Source: a bacterium
GTDB lineage: Bacteria > Zhuqueibacterota > Zhuqueibacteria > Residuimicrobiales > Krinioviventaceae
Direction of reading: 5' to 3'
DNA length: 64,000 nucleotides
NCBI GenBank assembly: GCA_963674595.2
Contig: CAXXFV010000015.1
Location: forward strand, 32,001 to 96,000
Positions 20,901-29,338 of this stretch are shown piece after piece; position 1 is the stretch's first letter; each line of letters opens with the position of its first letter. A program made the position numbers and the translations under genes. The notes under the pieces were generated by a model, which searched no databases, was not told the DNA's origin, and was given only the letters and a program-made list of their open reading frames with translations.

Positions 20901-21071
20901 ACAACGCAAGCGTCCACGAGTATGGCAGAAGCTATAGAAAGTTTAACTGAATATATCAAAAATGAAACACTGTGTGAAAAATTAACTGTTGGTAAAGTAG
21001 AAGGAGATTATAAAAAAGACTGGAAAATTGGGGATGAAATTGCAACTATTGGAATATCTAAAATAGACTGA
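17928..21071 (+). CDS. ileS: Isoleucine-tRNA ligase, type 2 (eukaryote-like)
   Basis: EGPPTANG, GWDTHGLP, WTTTPWTL, DWALSRDRFWGTP and KMSK motifs; 1047 aa with type-2 C-terminus (EGLAREFVNRVQNMRK) and no C-terminal Zn finger. Confidence 0.97.
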   Translation: MYKELSGNINLPAVEKQILEFWEKHDIFQKSIDERDENKPFVFFEGPPTANGRPGIHHVISRTVKDAVCRLKTMQGYRVERKAGWDTHGLPVEIEVEKMLGLDGKDQVIDYGVSGFNEKCRHSVWNYKQEWDELTKRIAFWVDLEHPYITYTNDYIESVWWILKEFWKKGLIYQGFKILPYCPHCETPLSSHEVSQGYEEVKDPSVYVKAKIKNKENTFFLVWTTTPWTLISNVALAVHPDVDYVTVLYNGENLILARERLLVLDGEYEILEEHKGSDLVNIDYEPFFSFITPDKKAHFTVPADFVTTTDGSGIVHIAPAFGEDDYQLGLKNNLPVVHPVDKSGKFIDAVTQWAGVFVKDADKSIIIDLKERNILYKSEKIEHSYPHCWRCKSPLLYYARKSWYIKTTAIKEKLIENNKKINWFPKEVGLGRFGEWLENNIDWALSRDRFWGTPLPVWLCESCEHQECIGSVEELGEKSGQDVSELDLHKPHIDDIHLTCEKCGQKMVRVPEVIDCWFDSGSMPYAQWHYPFENKEKFDKSFPADFISEGVDQTRGWFYSLLVIGAFLFDKPAYKTCVSLELILDKDGQKMSKTRGNTVDPFEFLNTLGADALRWYLLTVSPPWLPTRFDSEGVKEVNRKFLGTLLNTYSFFTMYANIDKFKYNSDERIPVKDRSELDRWICSTLTTLTKTVTENLEKFDLTKAARSIVSFVNDDLSNWYVRRSRRRFWKSEMGQDKLSAFQTIYECMITVAKLMAPMAPFLSEEIYRNLIMADSKNPASVHLCFYPKTGEGLVDFSDEKLEDRMDLVRRIVFMGRSLRNETQLKVRQPLANIIIVAKDERRKELLKGMENLIKEELNVKGIKFVDNESELLVKRTEPVFKNLGPKFGKSVKNAAEAIRSFSEKEIERLLDNGSEHLVVEGHEAQITLEDVKIVTENKPGLVASTEGDLTVALETEISKELLSEGLAREFVNRVQNMRKDAGYEVTDRIFITTQASTSMAEAIESLTEYIKNETLCEKLTVGKVEGDYKKDWKIGDEIATIGISKID

Positions 21072-21154
21072 TTGTTGTTGATTAACTAATAAAGTACAGG
21101 CAGTTATACGTAACTGGAATTGGTTTTATCCGCCTTTTACTTTTGGAGGTCTTG

Positions 21155-21532
21155 ATGACAAAAAAAGAGCTTGAACATTATAAACAAATTATCCTTAAAA
21201 AACGTGAAGAACTTTTAAAAGAGTTGGATCATTTAAAGGATAGCGGCCTTAATACTTCCGTTAAGGATGTTTCCGGTGATCATGGAGCATACGCTTTTCA
21301 TATGGCAGATCAGGGTACCGACACAATGGACCGTGAACAACAGTATATGTTTGCTTCCAGGGAAGGTAATTACCTTTATCATCTTGAAAGAGCACTGGAA
21401 CGTATTGAAGGCGGTGAATATGGTGTTTGCGTAACGTGTGGTAATGAAATTAATCCCGAGAGATTGGAAGCTGTACCACATGCTCGTTTGTGTATTAGTT
21501 GTAAATCTAAAGAGGAACTGACAAAAAGATAA
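21155..21532 (+). CDS. TraR/DksA C4-type zinc finger protein
   Basis: HMADQGTD coiled-coil tip, YGVCVTC and RLEAVPHARLCISC; GGAGG RBS. Confidence 0.92.
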   Translation: MTKKELEHYKQIILKKREELLKELDHLKDSGLNTSVKDVSGDHGAYAFHMADQGTDTMDREQQYMFASREGNYLYHLERALERIEGGEYGVCVTCGNEINPERLEAVPHARLCISCKSKEELTKR

Positions 21533-21561
21533 TTATTAAAATTTTGTGATTAGAGTTTTAT

Positions 21562-22116
21562 ATGAAACATGTTCGTATTTTGTGGGTTTCATTTTTCGTG
21601 CTGTTACTTGATCAAGTTACCAAGTATGCTATTAAGACCAATATGGCCTTACATGAATCAATTCCTGTTATTGGTGATTTTTTAAGATTAACATATGTAG
21701 AAAACTATGGTATGGCATTTGGTATCAGTTTTGGTGAAAACAAGTTTTTTACCGTGTTTGCTGTTATTGCAAGCGTTGCCATACTTGTTTATTTGTTTAA
21801 AATGAAATCTGAATTTTATCTGGCCCGTTTTTCCATGGCGCTGATTTTTGGTGGTGCGTTGGGTAATTTAATGGATCGTATTCTACGTGGAAGAGTTGTC
21901 GATTTTATTGATGGTGAATTTTTTAATATCCGAATACCATCTTTTCAATTTTTATTTTTAGATTTCCCCGGTTACAGAATGGATCGATGGCCTGTATATA
22001 ATGTTGCAGATATTGCTGTTACGGTCGGTATGGTTTTATTGATGATATTTATGTTTTTATTTGATAATTATGAACAAGAAACCGAATTAACCGAAGAGAC
22101 AGAAATGATACGATAA
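21562..22116 (+). CDS. lspA: Lipoprotein signal peptidase II
   Basis: DQVTK, NYGMAFG, GALGNLMDR, VVDFI and NVAD motifs. Confidence 0.95.
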   Translation: MKHVRILWVSFFVLLLDQVTKYAIKTNMALHESIPVIGDFLRLTYVENYGMAFGISFGENKFFTVFAVIASVAILVYLFKMKSEFYLARFSMALIFGGALGNLMDRILRGRVVDFIDGEFFNIRIPSFQFLFLDFPGYRMDRWPVYNVADIAVTVGMVLLMIFMFLFDNYEQETELTEETEMIR

Positions 22117-22147
22117 AAAAGGCCGGAGTTTTTCCGGCCTTTTTTTT
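22115..22147. terminator. Bidirectional intrinsic terminator between lspA and the DUF2961 gene
   Basis: AAAAAAGGCCGGA-GTTTT-TCCGGCCTTTTTTTT, between convergent stop codons. Confidence 0.9.
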
Positions 22148-23282
22148 ATTTAACTTCAAGATAATCACTATCTGGTAAATCAGGGAATTTTGCATGAGGT
22201 TCTTTTTGGTACCAAAATGCAACAGAAGAAATGTCATCCTGCAATGGTAAATACCGTCCTTCAGAACGCCAGCCAAGAGCCTGCATCGTCACTTTGATGT
22301 CCTTTTCAAACCGGATCGGGTCCATAACGTGCCATCGATAAAGCCCAAAACGTTGTTGTGAGTTATAAACACCATCAGGTTTAATGACCTGCGGCATACC
22401 GGCATAGAGGGTTGTATAGTCCTGGTATTGGTTGGTTTCACTGTTGATAAATCCATAGGAACCACAAAAATAATCTTCAGTTCCTGTACCGCATATTGTA
22501 GGAAATTTTTTATCTCCATCCATAAAAAATTTGATTTCACCTTCGCCCCACCATCCGGTGTTGTTTACTCCCCATGCCATATAGGTTCCCACATATTGGC
22601 CCCAGCCTTTTACACCATCCAGAATTGTATAGACTGATTTATAAGGTAATGGATTTTGTCGTCTGAACTGTGCATGAAAATAAGCGGCATCATCAGGAAT
22701 GTCTGTTAGAGTATAATTAATTTGGTAATAGAGCCTCATCTCTTTTTCACCGATATTTTCCATGGTGATTTTACATGATTTTTTAAAGGGCATGACCCAA
22801 TAACAGTTGAAAGCACTGCCTGGATTTACACATACGGTAGCTGAAGAAACCTGGCAATATTTATTCCAACCACAAGCGAAAAAATCTCCTACAGGAACTT
22901 CAACAGAGGGGTTTTCCTCTCCGTCCCAATAGAATCGTAATATGGAATATCTCCAATGTCCGGTTGGCGTCATCCAAATTTGTTGAATAGCGCCGGAACC
23001 TTCAATTTCTGCAAGTACAAAAGTTTGGTGTGATTCTATTTTTACGGAAGGTGATACTTTCCAGCCCTGCCCCAGTTCCCGGGCGGCGTGGGCACCGGTA
23101 CCCTCTGTTGCCATTCCGGCTTTGCCTTTTTCACCGGTAAAGTTTTCAGGACTTATGGAGCGTGTTTTAGCATGGGATAACCTTGATAAATTTCCAAGGT
23201 TTAAATAGAGCCCATTAAAATCTGCTTGTTGTGAAAATGCGAGTGTTGACACAAAAAGAATAATTGAACATATAACTTTCAT
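22146..23282 (-). CDS. Secreted DUF2961 / glycoside hydrolase family 172 protein
   Basis: TRSISPENFTGEKG, PSVEVPVGDFF, WWGEGEIKF, GTGTEDYF and YRWHVMDPIRF motifs; signal peptide; GGAGG RBS. Confidence 0.9.
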   Translation of the reverse strand: MKVICSIILFVSTLAFSQQADFNGLYLNLGNLSRLSHAKTRSISPENFTGEKGKAGMATEGTGAHAARELGQGWKVSPSVKIESHQTFVLAEIEGSGAIQQIWMTPTGHWRYSILRFYWDGEENPSVEVPVGDFFACGWNKYCQVSSATVCVNPGSAFNCYWVMPFKKSCKITMENIGEKEMRLYYQINYTLTDIPDDAAYFHAQFRRQNPLPYKSVYTILDGVKGWGQYVGTYMAWGVNNTGWWGEGEIKFFMDGDKKFPTICGTGTEDYFCGSYGFINSETNQYQDYTTLYAGMPQVIKPDGVYNSQQRFGLYRWHVMDPIRFEKDIKVTMQALGWRSEGRYLPLQDDISSVAFWYQKEPHAKFPDLPDSDYLEVK

Positions 23283-23323
23283 GCTGGCTTCCTCCGATTT
23301 AAATTATATTTAATTAGTGATTA

Positions 23324-23352
23324 AATATGATTATTTTGAGGAATTAGTGCAA
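23324..23352 (-). promoter_or_regulatory. Putative sigma70 promoter of the GH172 gene
   Basis: TTGCAC-N17-CATATT on the minus strand. Confidence 0.45.
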
Positions 23353-23370
23353 GCAGTTTTTAAAAAAAGA

Positions 23371-26300
23371 TTAACGCGCTATAACAAGTTTTCCTGTGGC
23401 TGATGTAGACTTGCCATTCATTAATGACTTGGCATGTACTTTATAGAGGTAAACACCGTTAGACAGTTGATCTCCATCCTGATCTGTTCCATACCATGTT
23501 TCCGGTATTGAATTGTAACCGGTTTCTGCTATAAAGGAATCGAATTGTTTAATTAAACGACCTGCAATTGAATAGAGTTTTAGTGTTATTTCTGCCGGTT
23601 GGCTCACTTGAAAACTAAACAAGGTCGATTTTTGCATTGGATTGGGATAATTAAGGACATTAGACAATTCTATATCTTTATCGGATACAACTGTAAAATC
23701 ACTTTCTATTGTGGAAGAATTGTTTGAATTGTCCCATGCTTTAATTTGAATTTTGTGTGATCCCTCTTCAAGGTTATAGAAAGGATATTTAACTGTTCCG
23801 GCCGTATAACTTCCTTCATGATATTCAAAATAATCTGTAATATCTTTTTGGTTTGAGGTATTATCATCAAGAGTCATAGTAATTTGATGCCCAATATCTC
23901 CGGCTGTATTGATGCCGCTTGATGAGTCAGCCAGTTCGACATATAATGTTGCGTTTGGCGAAATATAATCTCCCGGATTAAAGTTTTCGCCAAAATTTAT
24001 TTGCATCGACGGACCTTCATGGTCTACAAGGTTTACGGCTGTTCCGCCGACACTTAGGCTTTTTCTCAGGCCGCTTCCGTCTTGTGAGTCGCCCCAAAAG
24101 TAGAGGCTTATTCTGCCGTCATCGCCGCCATAGGAGATGTCTTTGGGAACAATAAAACTTAGATTAAACCAGCCGCCATTAATTTGAGTTTTGCCTTTAA
24201 AAACAGTATTTCCCGGCAAATAATAACTGATTTGCGAATTATTGGCAAGTTTGTATAGAGTCTTTTTTCTTGAATCGTAAACGCGAACCAAAACATCCCC
24301 TGAAAGGTCCTGCCATAATTGATTATTTTTTTCAATATGGCCTTTAATTGTCATTTTACTCAATGCCTGAAGGCTGTCAGGAGAAATTTCATCGATAAAC
24401 GCTTTGTAATGCGGCGCGCCTAAACGCATGGCCGGATCACCAATCACGATATATTTTTCATTATTTGTTCTACTGTTAAGATATTTTTTAGTCAGCATGA
24501 CCGCGTTACCGATTCGTAAAGTGGTACCTGTAGTTGAAAAATTTATAAACAGGTTGTCATACAATTTATTGTTAAATTGAGCATTGGGGCTTGAATAGGC
24601 AATCCGCGAAGAAGAAATCATACCTACAGCAGCCCGATTGGCTGTTGCCATAATCCGTTCGGCAAGGCTCTGTCTATCAGGTTGGTCCCAAAATGCAAAT
24701 TCACAGGTCGCAGCAATCCACAGGGGCAGTTTGTTTTGGTTTTGTATTCTGTCAACATCGGGATCACCGTCTAAAACACGTTCATGGGACCAAAGTTCAT
24801 CATTTCCATGTCCAATATAATTAATAACAAGTGTACCTTTGTTTAGCCGGTCGATAATAGCATCTGTTGCTAGGGGTTTGGTAACGCCTGATACGCTGGC
24901 TGTTCGAACAGCCGGATATTCAACCAAATATATTTTATCAACATTTAACAAACCCGGCACATGATTTTCTGCCAAAGTTTCTGCCTGCGTTGTGTGATAG
25001 GTTTCTGAGCCGACACCACCTTCAGCCAATTCATCATCTGCAACGATGGTTATTGTTTTTCGCCAGTCCCCATAATCCGGATTCGTTTCATACTCTTTAA
25101 TTTTTTTTATCATATTATGAGCTTGCTCAACGTTTTGGGCTGTTATTCGGCCAATGCTCATTTGCATTCCACTGGCAGTTCCTTTGGTGTATGTATACCA
25201 GTCGTCGGTCGTTCGGGAACCGTCTAAAGTACGAGAGTCTACTTCATATGGAATGATAAAATTTGGGGTATTATGGCCCAGGATATTTTTGTAATCATAA
25301 TGACCATCACCCAGTAACAAAACATATTGAGGATTTCCCCAATTGTCTTCTGCGTAGCATAAAAAGTCACGGATTCCGGATGGGTCGCTTATTCCCCAGG
25401 AAAACTGGTTGATGACATCAGAAATTTTAACGGTTTCGGTTTCCAGTCTGTCACTCATGTCCCAGTTTTCACGAAGGCTTTCCAGTTCTTTTGCCGATTC
25501 GTAAAAATCATCATAGGTAATTATAATATAATCAACGTTTTTAGTTTGACGCAGATTTGTAATATCAACGGCGGTAATTTCATCAACACTTTTGTATGCA
25601 GCCGGTGTTACGGCTATATATTGTTTATATTGGTTGCCGGAAACAGCGTCTGCAAAGCGTATTTTTGAGTTTTGAATTTCCGCATCTGTAATCAGCATAA
25701 TATTATATATATCTGTTATATCATAAGCGGTAATATCGTTACTGTTTAAGTTTGTCACTTCGTATAAAGCCGTTCCACTCCACGATGGTGACGTGAAAAT
25801 AAGCTGATCGTTGACAGCTTTGAATGCCCGTTCGTATTCCACTTCGAGCCAGTTTATATAGGCGAATTGTATTTCACTGGAAGTATTATACTTGACTTCA
25901 ATGGTATTAATACCGTCAACCAGAACACCTGCTGTGGTAAAGTCTGTTTCCTTAAGCAAATAACTCTTAGTGGCCCCGTCCTGGCTAATTTCTCCGATAA
26001 AGTTACCATTAACTGAACATGAGAACTTTTGCGCACCTGCTGAAGCCGATGCCATAGAAAAACGAAACGTTGTTGTTTCTGCAGGAATAGCACCGTTTAA
26101 ATTAAATGTTTGGGTAAATGTGTTTTTATCTACTGCCAGCTCATATCCAAGCCATTCAATACCTGATTTGAAAAAATTATGTTTTTCTTCTTCTACAAAC
26201 GCCATATCTTTAAAATGTGTTTCAGGCAGCAATCCGGCTGTTGATTGTGAAGATTTATTACTAATACGTTTTCCGGTTTGTTTGCCAAAGGTAAGCCAAT

Positions 26301-27384
26301 AAACATTTTCATAACTATAGTGGTGTATATAGTGATGGATTTCACGGGTTGAGTTATTTAGTTCTTTCCCTTCCAAAGAACGACCGTAGAATAATATATA
26401 ATCATTTGCATCCAGTTTATTATCATCACCGCCAAAAACTGAAATCGCGTTTTCGATAAGAGTGTCTGATCTAAAAGTATATGGGTTTTGCGGTAATTCT
26501 CTTCCACCATTATTAAAAATTTGTATTGTAGATGGATTTACAGATGCTATCGGAACACCGGCATCTGAAAGTGCTTGTCCGGTAATTTTATAAATTCCTT
26601 CTTTGCCGCCTTGTCCGTCTCCACGAATGATAATTTTGTACCAGTTTTCTCCTGCAAAGGTTTGAACAGATGGTTTGCGCAGCACAGATTTTCGTGAAGG
26701 AATACGCCATTGTTTTGCCTGTTCATAGTTTAAAAGCATATATTGGTACAACTCTTCATCTTTGGCGGGTTTGTAATTATTTTCGGATTTTACAGAGCTG
26801 CTAAAGGTAATTTGCACGGTCATGCTTGTATATTTTCGCAGGGTTTTAGTCTCTGAATTATATTCCAAAGGCTGAAATAACAGGGATATTGTTTGTTGAG
26901 AACGGAAAAACTGTGGTTCACTTGCTTCTACAATATCATGGTTTGTAGTTATAGGCACGTTTTGTGTAGAATATTGTTCAACATACATATTTTCATTTTT
27001 GACCATTTCCGGCTGGACCGCCAGATTGATGTTTTTTAATATTTCCACTTTACTATCGACCAGTTGGGTTGAAATTGTGGCACCTTGCGGAATTCCTATT
27101 GTCACCTGGCGTTGTGGAATATCATATTGCCCGGCAATCCCTGATGAGGACGAGTGTAAAAAAGCAAACCGCTGCATTGTTGTATTATTTGTTTGAATTG
27201 AATCAATTTTCCAATTTGTTGGTTCAAAGGAAATGGTTAATTGATTGTCGGAACTGGAGAGAATTTTAAAATTTTTAAAAGCGTCCTGACTAAATGCCGG
27301 TAATGAAATAAGTAGAACTGAAAAAATTAGAAAGGAATTAAATTTTTTCCAAATCATAGCGAATCCATTTTTTATAGTTTTCAA
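23371..27384 (-). CDS. porU: Peptidase C25 family, PorU-like type IX secretion sortase with C-terminal FlgD/T9SS-type domain
   Basis: Signal peptide; C25 motifs YVLLLGDG, TDDWY, IGRI, YIGHG (catalytic His), ATCE (catalytic Cys) and GDPAM; C-terminal NYPNP...GRLIK...W.G.D...NGVYLY. Confidence 0.85.
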   Translation of the reverse strand: MKTIKNGFAMIWKKFNSFLIFSVLLISLPAFSQDAFKNFKILSSSDNQLTISFEPTNWKIDSIQTNNTTMQRFAFLHSSSSGIAGQYDIPQRQVTIGIPQGATISTQLVDSKVEILKNINLAVQPEMVKNENMYVEQYSTQNVPITTNHDIVEASEPQFFRSQQTISLLFQPLEYNSETKTLRKYTSMTVQITFSSSVKSENNYKPAKDEELYQYMLLNYEQAKQWRIPSRKSVLRKPSVQTFAGENWYKIIIRGDGQGGKEGIYKITGQALSDAGVPIASVNPSTIQIFNNGGRELPQNPYTFRSDTLIENAISVFGGDDNKLDANDYILFYGRSLEGKELNNSTREIHHYIHHYSYENVYWLTFGKQTGKRISNKSSQSTAGLLPETHFKDMAFVEEEKHNFFKSGIEWLGYELAVDKNTFTQTFNLNGAIPAETTTFRFSMASASAGAQKFSCSVNGNFIGEISQDGATKSYLLKETDFTTAGVLVDGINTIEVKYNTSSEIQFAYINWLEVEYERAFKAVNDQLIFTSPSWSGTALYEVTNLNSNDITAYDITDIYNIMLITDAEIQNSKIRFADAVSGNQYKQYIAVTPAAYKSVDEITAVDITNLRQTKNVDYIIITYDDFYESAKELESLRENWDMSDRLETETVKISDVINQFSWGISDPSGIRDFLCYAEDNWGNPQYVLLLGDGHYDYKNILGHNTPNFIIPYEVDSRTLDGSRTTDDWYTYTKGTASGMQMSIGRITAQNVEQAHNMIKKIKEYETNPDYGDWRKTITIVADDELAEGGVGSETYHTTQAETLAENHVPGLLNVDKIYLVEYPAVRTASVSGVTKPLATDAIIDRLNKGTLVINYIGHGNDELWSHERVLDGDPDVDRIQNQNKLPLWIAATCEFAFWDQPDRQSLAERIMATANRAAVGMISSSRIAYSSPNAQFNNKLYDNLFINFSTTGTTLRIGNAVMLTKKYLNSRTNNEKYIVIGDPAMRLGAPHYKAFIDEISPDSLQALSKMTIKGHIEKNNQLWQDLSGDVLVRVYDSRKKTLYKLANNSQISYYLPGNTVFKGKTQINGGWFNLSFIVPKDISYGGDDGRISLYFWGDSQDGSGLRKSLSVGGTAVNLVDHEGPSMQINFGENFNPGDYISPNATLYVELADSSSGINTAGDIGHQITMTLDDNTSNQKDITDYFEYHEGSYTAGTVKYPFYNLEEGSHKIQIKAWDNSNNSSTIESDFTVVSDKDIELSNVLNYPNPMQKSTLFSFQVSQPAEITLKLYSIAGRLIKQFDSFIAETGYNSIPETWYGTDQDGDQLSNGVYLYKVHAKSLMNGKSTSATGKLVIAR

Positions 27385-27803
27385 GCCTGGTCTTCAATAT
27401 TTATAATTTCTGCAAGATATCTATGTTTTTTATTCCAATATGTATCATAAGTTTTTATAATGATAAAGGACAAGCCTAATCCTATTAGGCCGCCTATAAT
27501 CCCGGGGCCCTCACTTTCCGGTTTTGTTGGTAAAAGATGGTTTCCCAGAATATAACCGATGATTAATGCTATTAAGGGAAAAATAAATATTAAAAACGAA
27601 TGGCCCATTATTTTTGATGGTTTGATTTCAATATTTACATGATCACCAATTTGCGCATCTTTGTCGTTAAAAGCGTCGATCTCCATAACACCACCTTCAG
27701 CCATTCGGCAGGCGGTACAACCGTCACATTTTGCACCCCGTTGCATTTTAATAACAGCAATATCACCCTCTATTGATTTCACAATACCTGCTTCTTGCAT
27801 CAT
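27381..27803 (-). CDS. SoxR-reducing system RseC/MucC family protein
   Basis: CDGCTAC motif, AQIGDHV and two C-terminal TM helices; AGGAG RBS before ATG 27803. Confidence 0.85.
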   Translation of the reverse strand: MMQEAGIVKSIEGDIAVIKMQRGAKCDGCTACRMAEGGVMEIDAFNDKDAQIGDHVNIEIKPSKIMGHSFLIFIFPLIALIIGYILGNHLLPTKPESEGPGIIGGLIGLGLSFIIIKTYDTYWNKKHRYLAEIINIEDQA

Positions 27804-27941
27804 TACTCCTTTAAAAAGAAAAAGATACATTATTCAGGAAAAAGAAGCAATTGAATTATTATCAATACTCTGTTAACATTAAAAGAGACTCGTTTGTTCC
27901 ATTCCGGGATTTTGTATTGTGTTGATTGTTAGAAATATGAG

Positions 27942-28745
27942 TTAATTCGCCATTTTTTGCAGCCGGTCCAAACGAAGTCGTTGACGTTCATCAAAAAGAC
28001 GTTTGGAACCGATCCATACGGCTGTTATTGTGCCGAAACCGGTCCCTGCCGCAATCATAAACATGATTAGTATTTGATATTTTACAGCTTCCATTGGAGG
28101 ATTTCCGGCAAGAATTTGTCCGGTCATCATACCCGGTAAACTGACAAGACCGGCAATTGCCATCGTGTTGATTATTGGTATCAAACCGCTCCGAATGCTG
28201 TCGTTACGTATATCATAGATGGCTTCGTTCCAGTCACTTCCCAGCAAAAGTTTGCCTTCAATGATGGATTTTTGTTGCCAGGCGCCTGAGGTTAATCTGT
28301 CTAAACCCAGGGCAATGCCGTTCATTGTATTTCCCAACATCATTCCCAAAAGAGGAATGGCATATTGGGGCAAATACCAGGGTGAATTGTTTATGATGAC
28401 AAAAAGTGCAAAAATTGTGATGGAAAATGAAGATAAAAACATGGATGCTGTTCCCAGTCCAAATCCCCACAATCCACGAAACCGGAGTTTCTGGCGCCGG
28501 GTTGTTTCACGACCGGCTGCCAGCAACATAATAAGTGCCATTACTACAAGCCACACAGGCTGTATGTTTTCAAATATAACTTTAAGAATAATTCCGATTA
28601 ATGTCAGTTGCAGTGCTGTTCGTGCGGCGGCAATTAAAAGCTGTTTACCGATTTTTAAGTGTAAAAGGAAAGATAAAATCCCTAATAAAATGACCAGGAC
28701 AGAGGCAATAGCCAGGTCCCATATTGATAATGTAATGATTGTCAT
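27942..28745 (-). CDS. fetB: ABC transporter permease FetB/YbbM (UPF0014)
   Basis: RTALQL, IPLLGMMLGNTMN and GLVSLPGMMTGQILAG..P.EAVKYQI motifs. Confidence 0.9.
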   Translation of the reverse strand: MTIITLSIWDLAIASVLVILLGILSFLLHLKIGKQLLIAAARTALQLTLIGIILKVIFENIQPVWLVVMALIMLLAAGRETTRRQKLRFRGLWGFGLGTASMFLSSFSITIFALFVIINNSPWYLPQYAIPLLGMMLGNTMNGIALGLDRLTSGAWQQKSIIEGKLLLGSDWNEAIYDIRNDSIRSGLIPIINTMAIAGLVSLPGMMTGQILAGNPPMEAVKYQILIMFMIAAGTGFGTITAVWIGSKRLFDERQRLRLDRLQKMAN

Positions 28746-29338
28746 GAGACGTGCTCAAGTGTATTGTTTTGTAGCCTGAATAATTTAGTTGCTATTCGAT
28801 CCAGTTGATTGTGGTCATGACTTGTCCAGACAAGAATTGTTTTGTTTTTGTTTTGATAATCTAGAATAAATTTTTCAAAATTTATTTTGCTGTTTGGATC
28901 AAGGTTCGCTGTCGGTTCGTCGAGTAAAATGACCTGAGGTTTATTTTTTAATAATCTTAATAAACCAAGGCGTTGTTTTTCTCCGCTTGAAAGGTGGGAT
29001 GTTTGCTTTTCAGGAATTGTATTGTCGAGCCCCAGAGCTTCGAATGTTACTTTGTCATATTTTATGTGGTCTTTAACAAGGTCATGCCACCATGCTGTTT
29101 CCGTTGGTAACAGTGCAACCAAACTTCGCCATTTTACGGGATGTATCTCTTTTTGTTCCGTGCCCGTAAATTTAACAGAGCCTGTATGTGGAATGAGGTC
29201 GGCAATGGCCCGAAGCAGGAGACTTTTCCCGGAACCGGAAGCACCTGTTATGCCAATGCATTGGGACTGTTTGGCGCTAAATGAAAATGGGCCAAAATGA
29301 AGAAAGCTCAGGTTTTCTATAATCAAAGACATTTGCAT
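28742..29338 (-). CDS. ABC transporter ATP-binding protein, FetA/YbbL-like
   Basis: Walker A GASGSGKS, signature LSSGEKQ, Walker B LLDEPT and SHD; overlaps the fetB start. Confidence 0.88.
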   Translation of the reverse strand: MQMSLIIENLSFLHFGPFSFSAKQSQCIGITGASGSGKSLLLRAIADLIPHTGSVKFTGTEQKEIHPVKWRSLVALLPTETAWWHDLVKDHIKYDKVTFEALGLDNTIPEKQTSHLSSGEKQRLGLLRLLKNKPQVILLDEPTANLDPNSKINFEKFILDYQNKNKTILVWTSHDHNQLDRIATKLFRLQNNTLEHVS

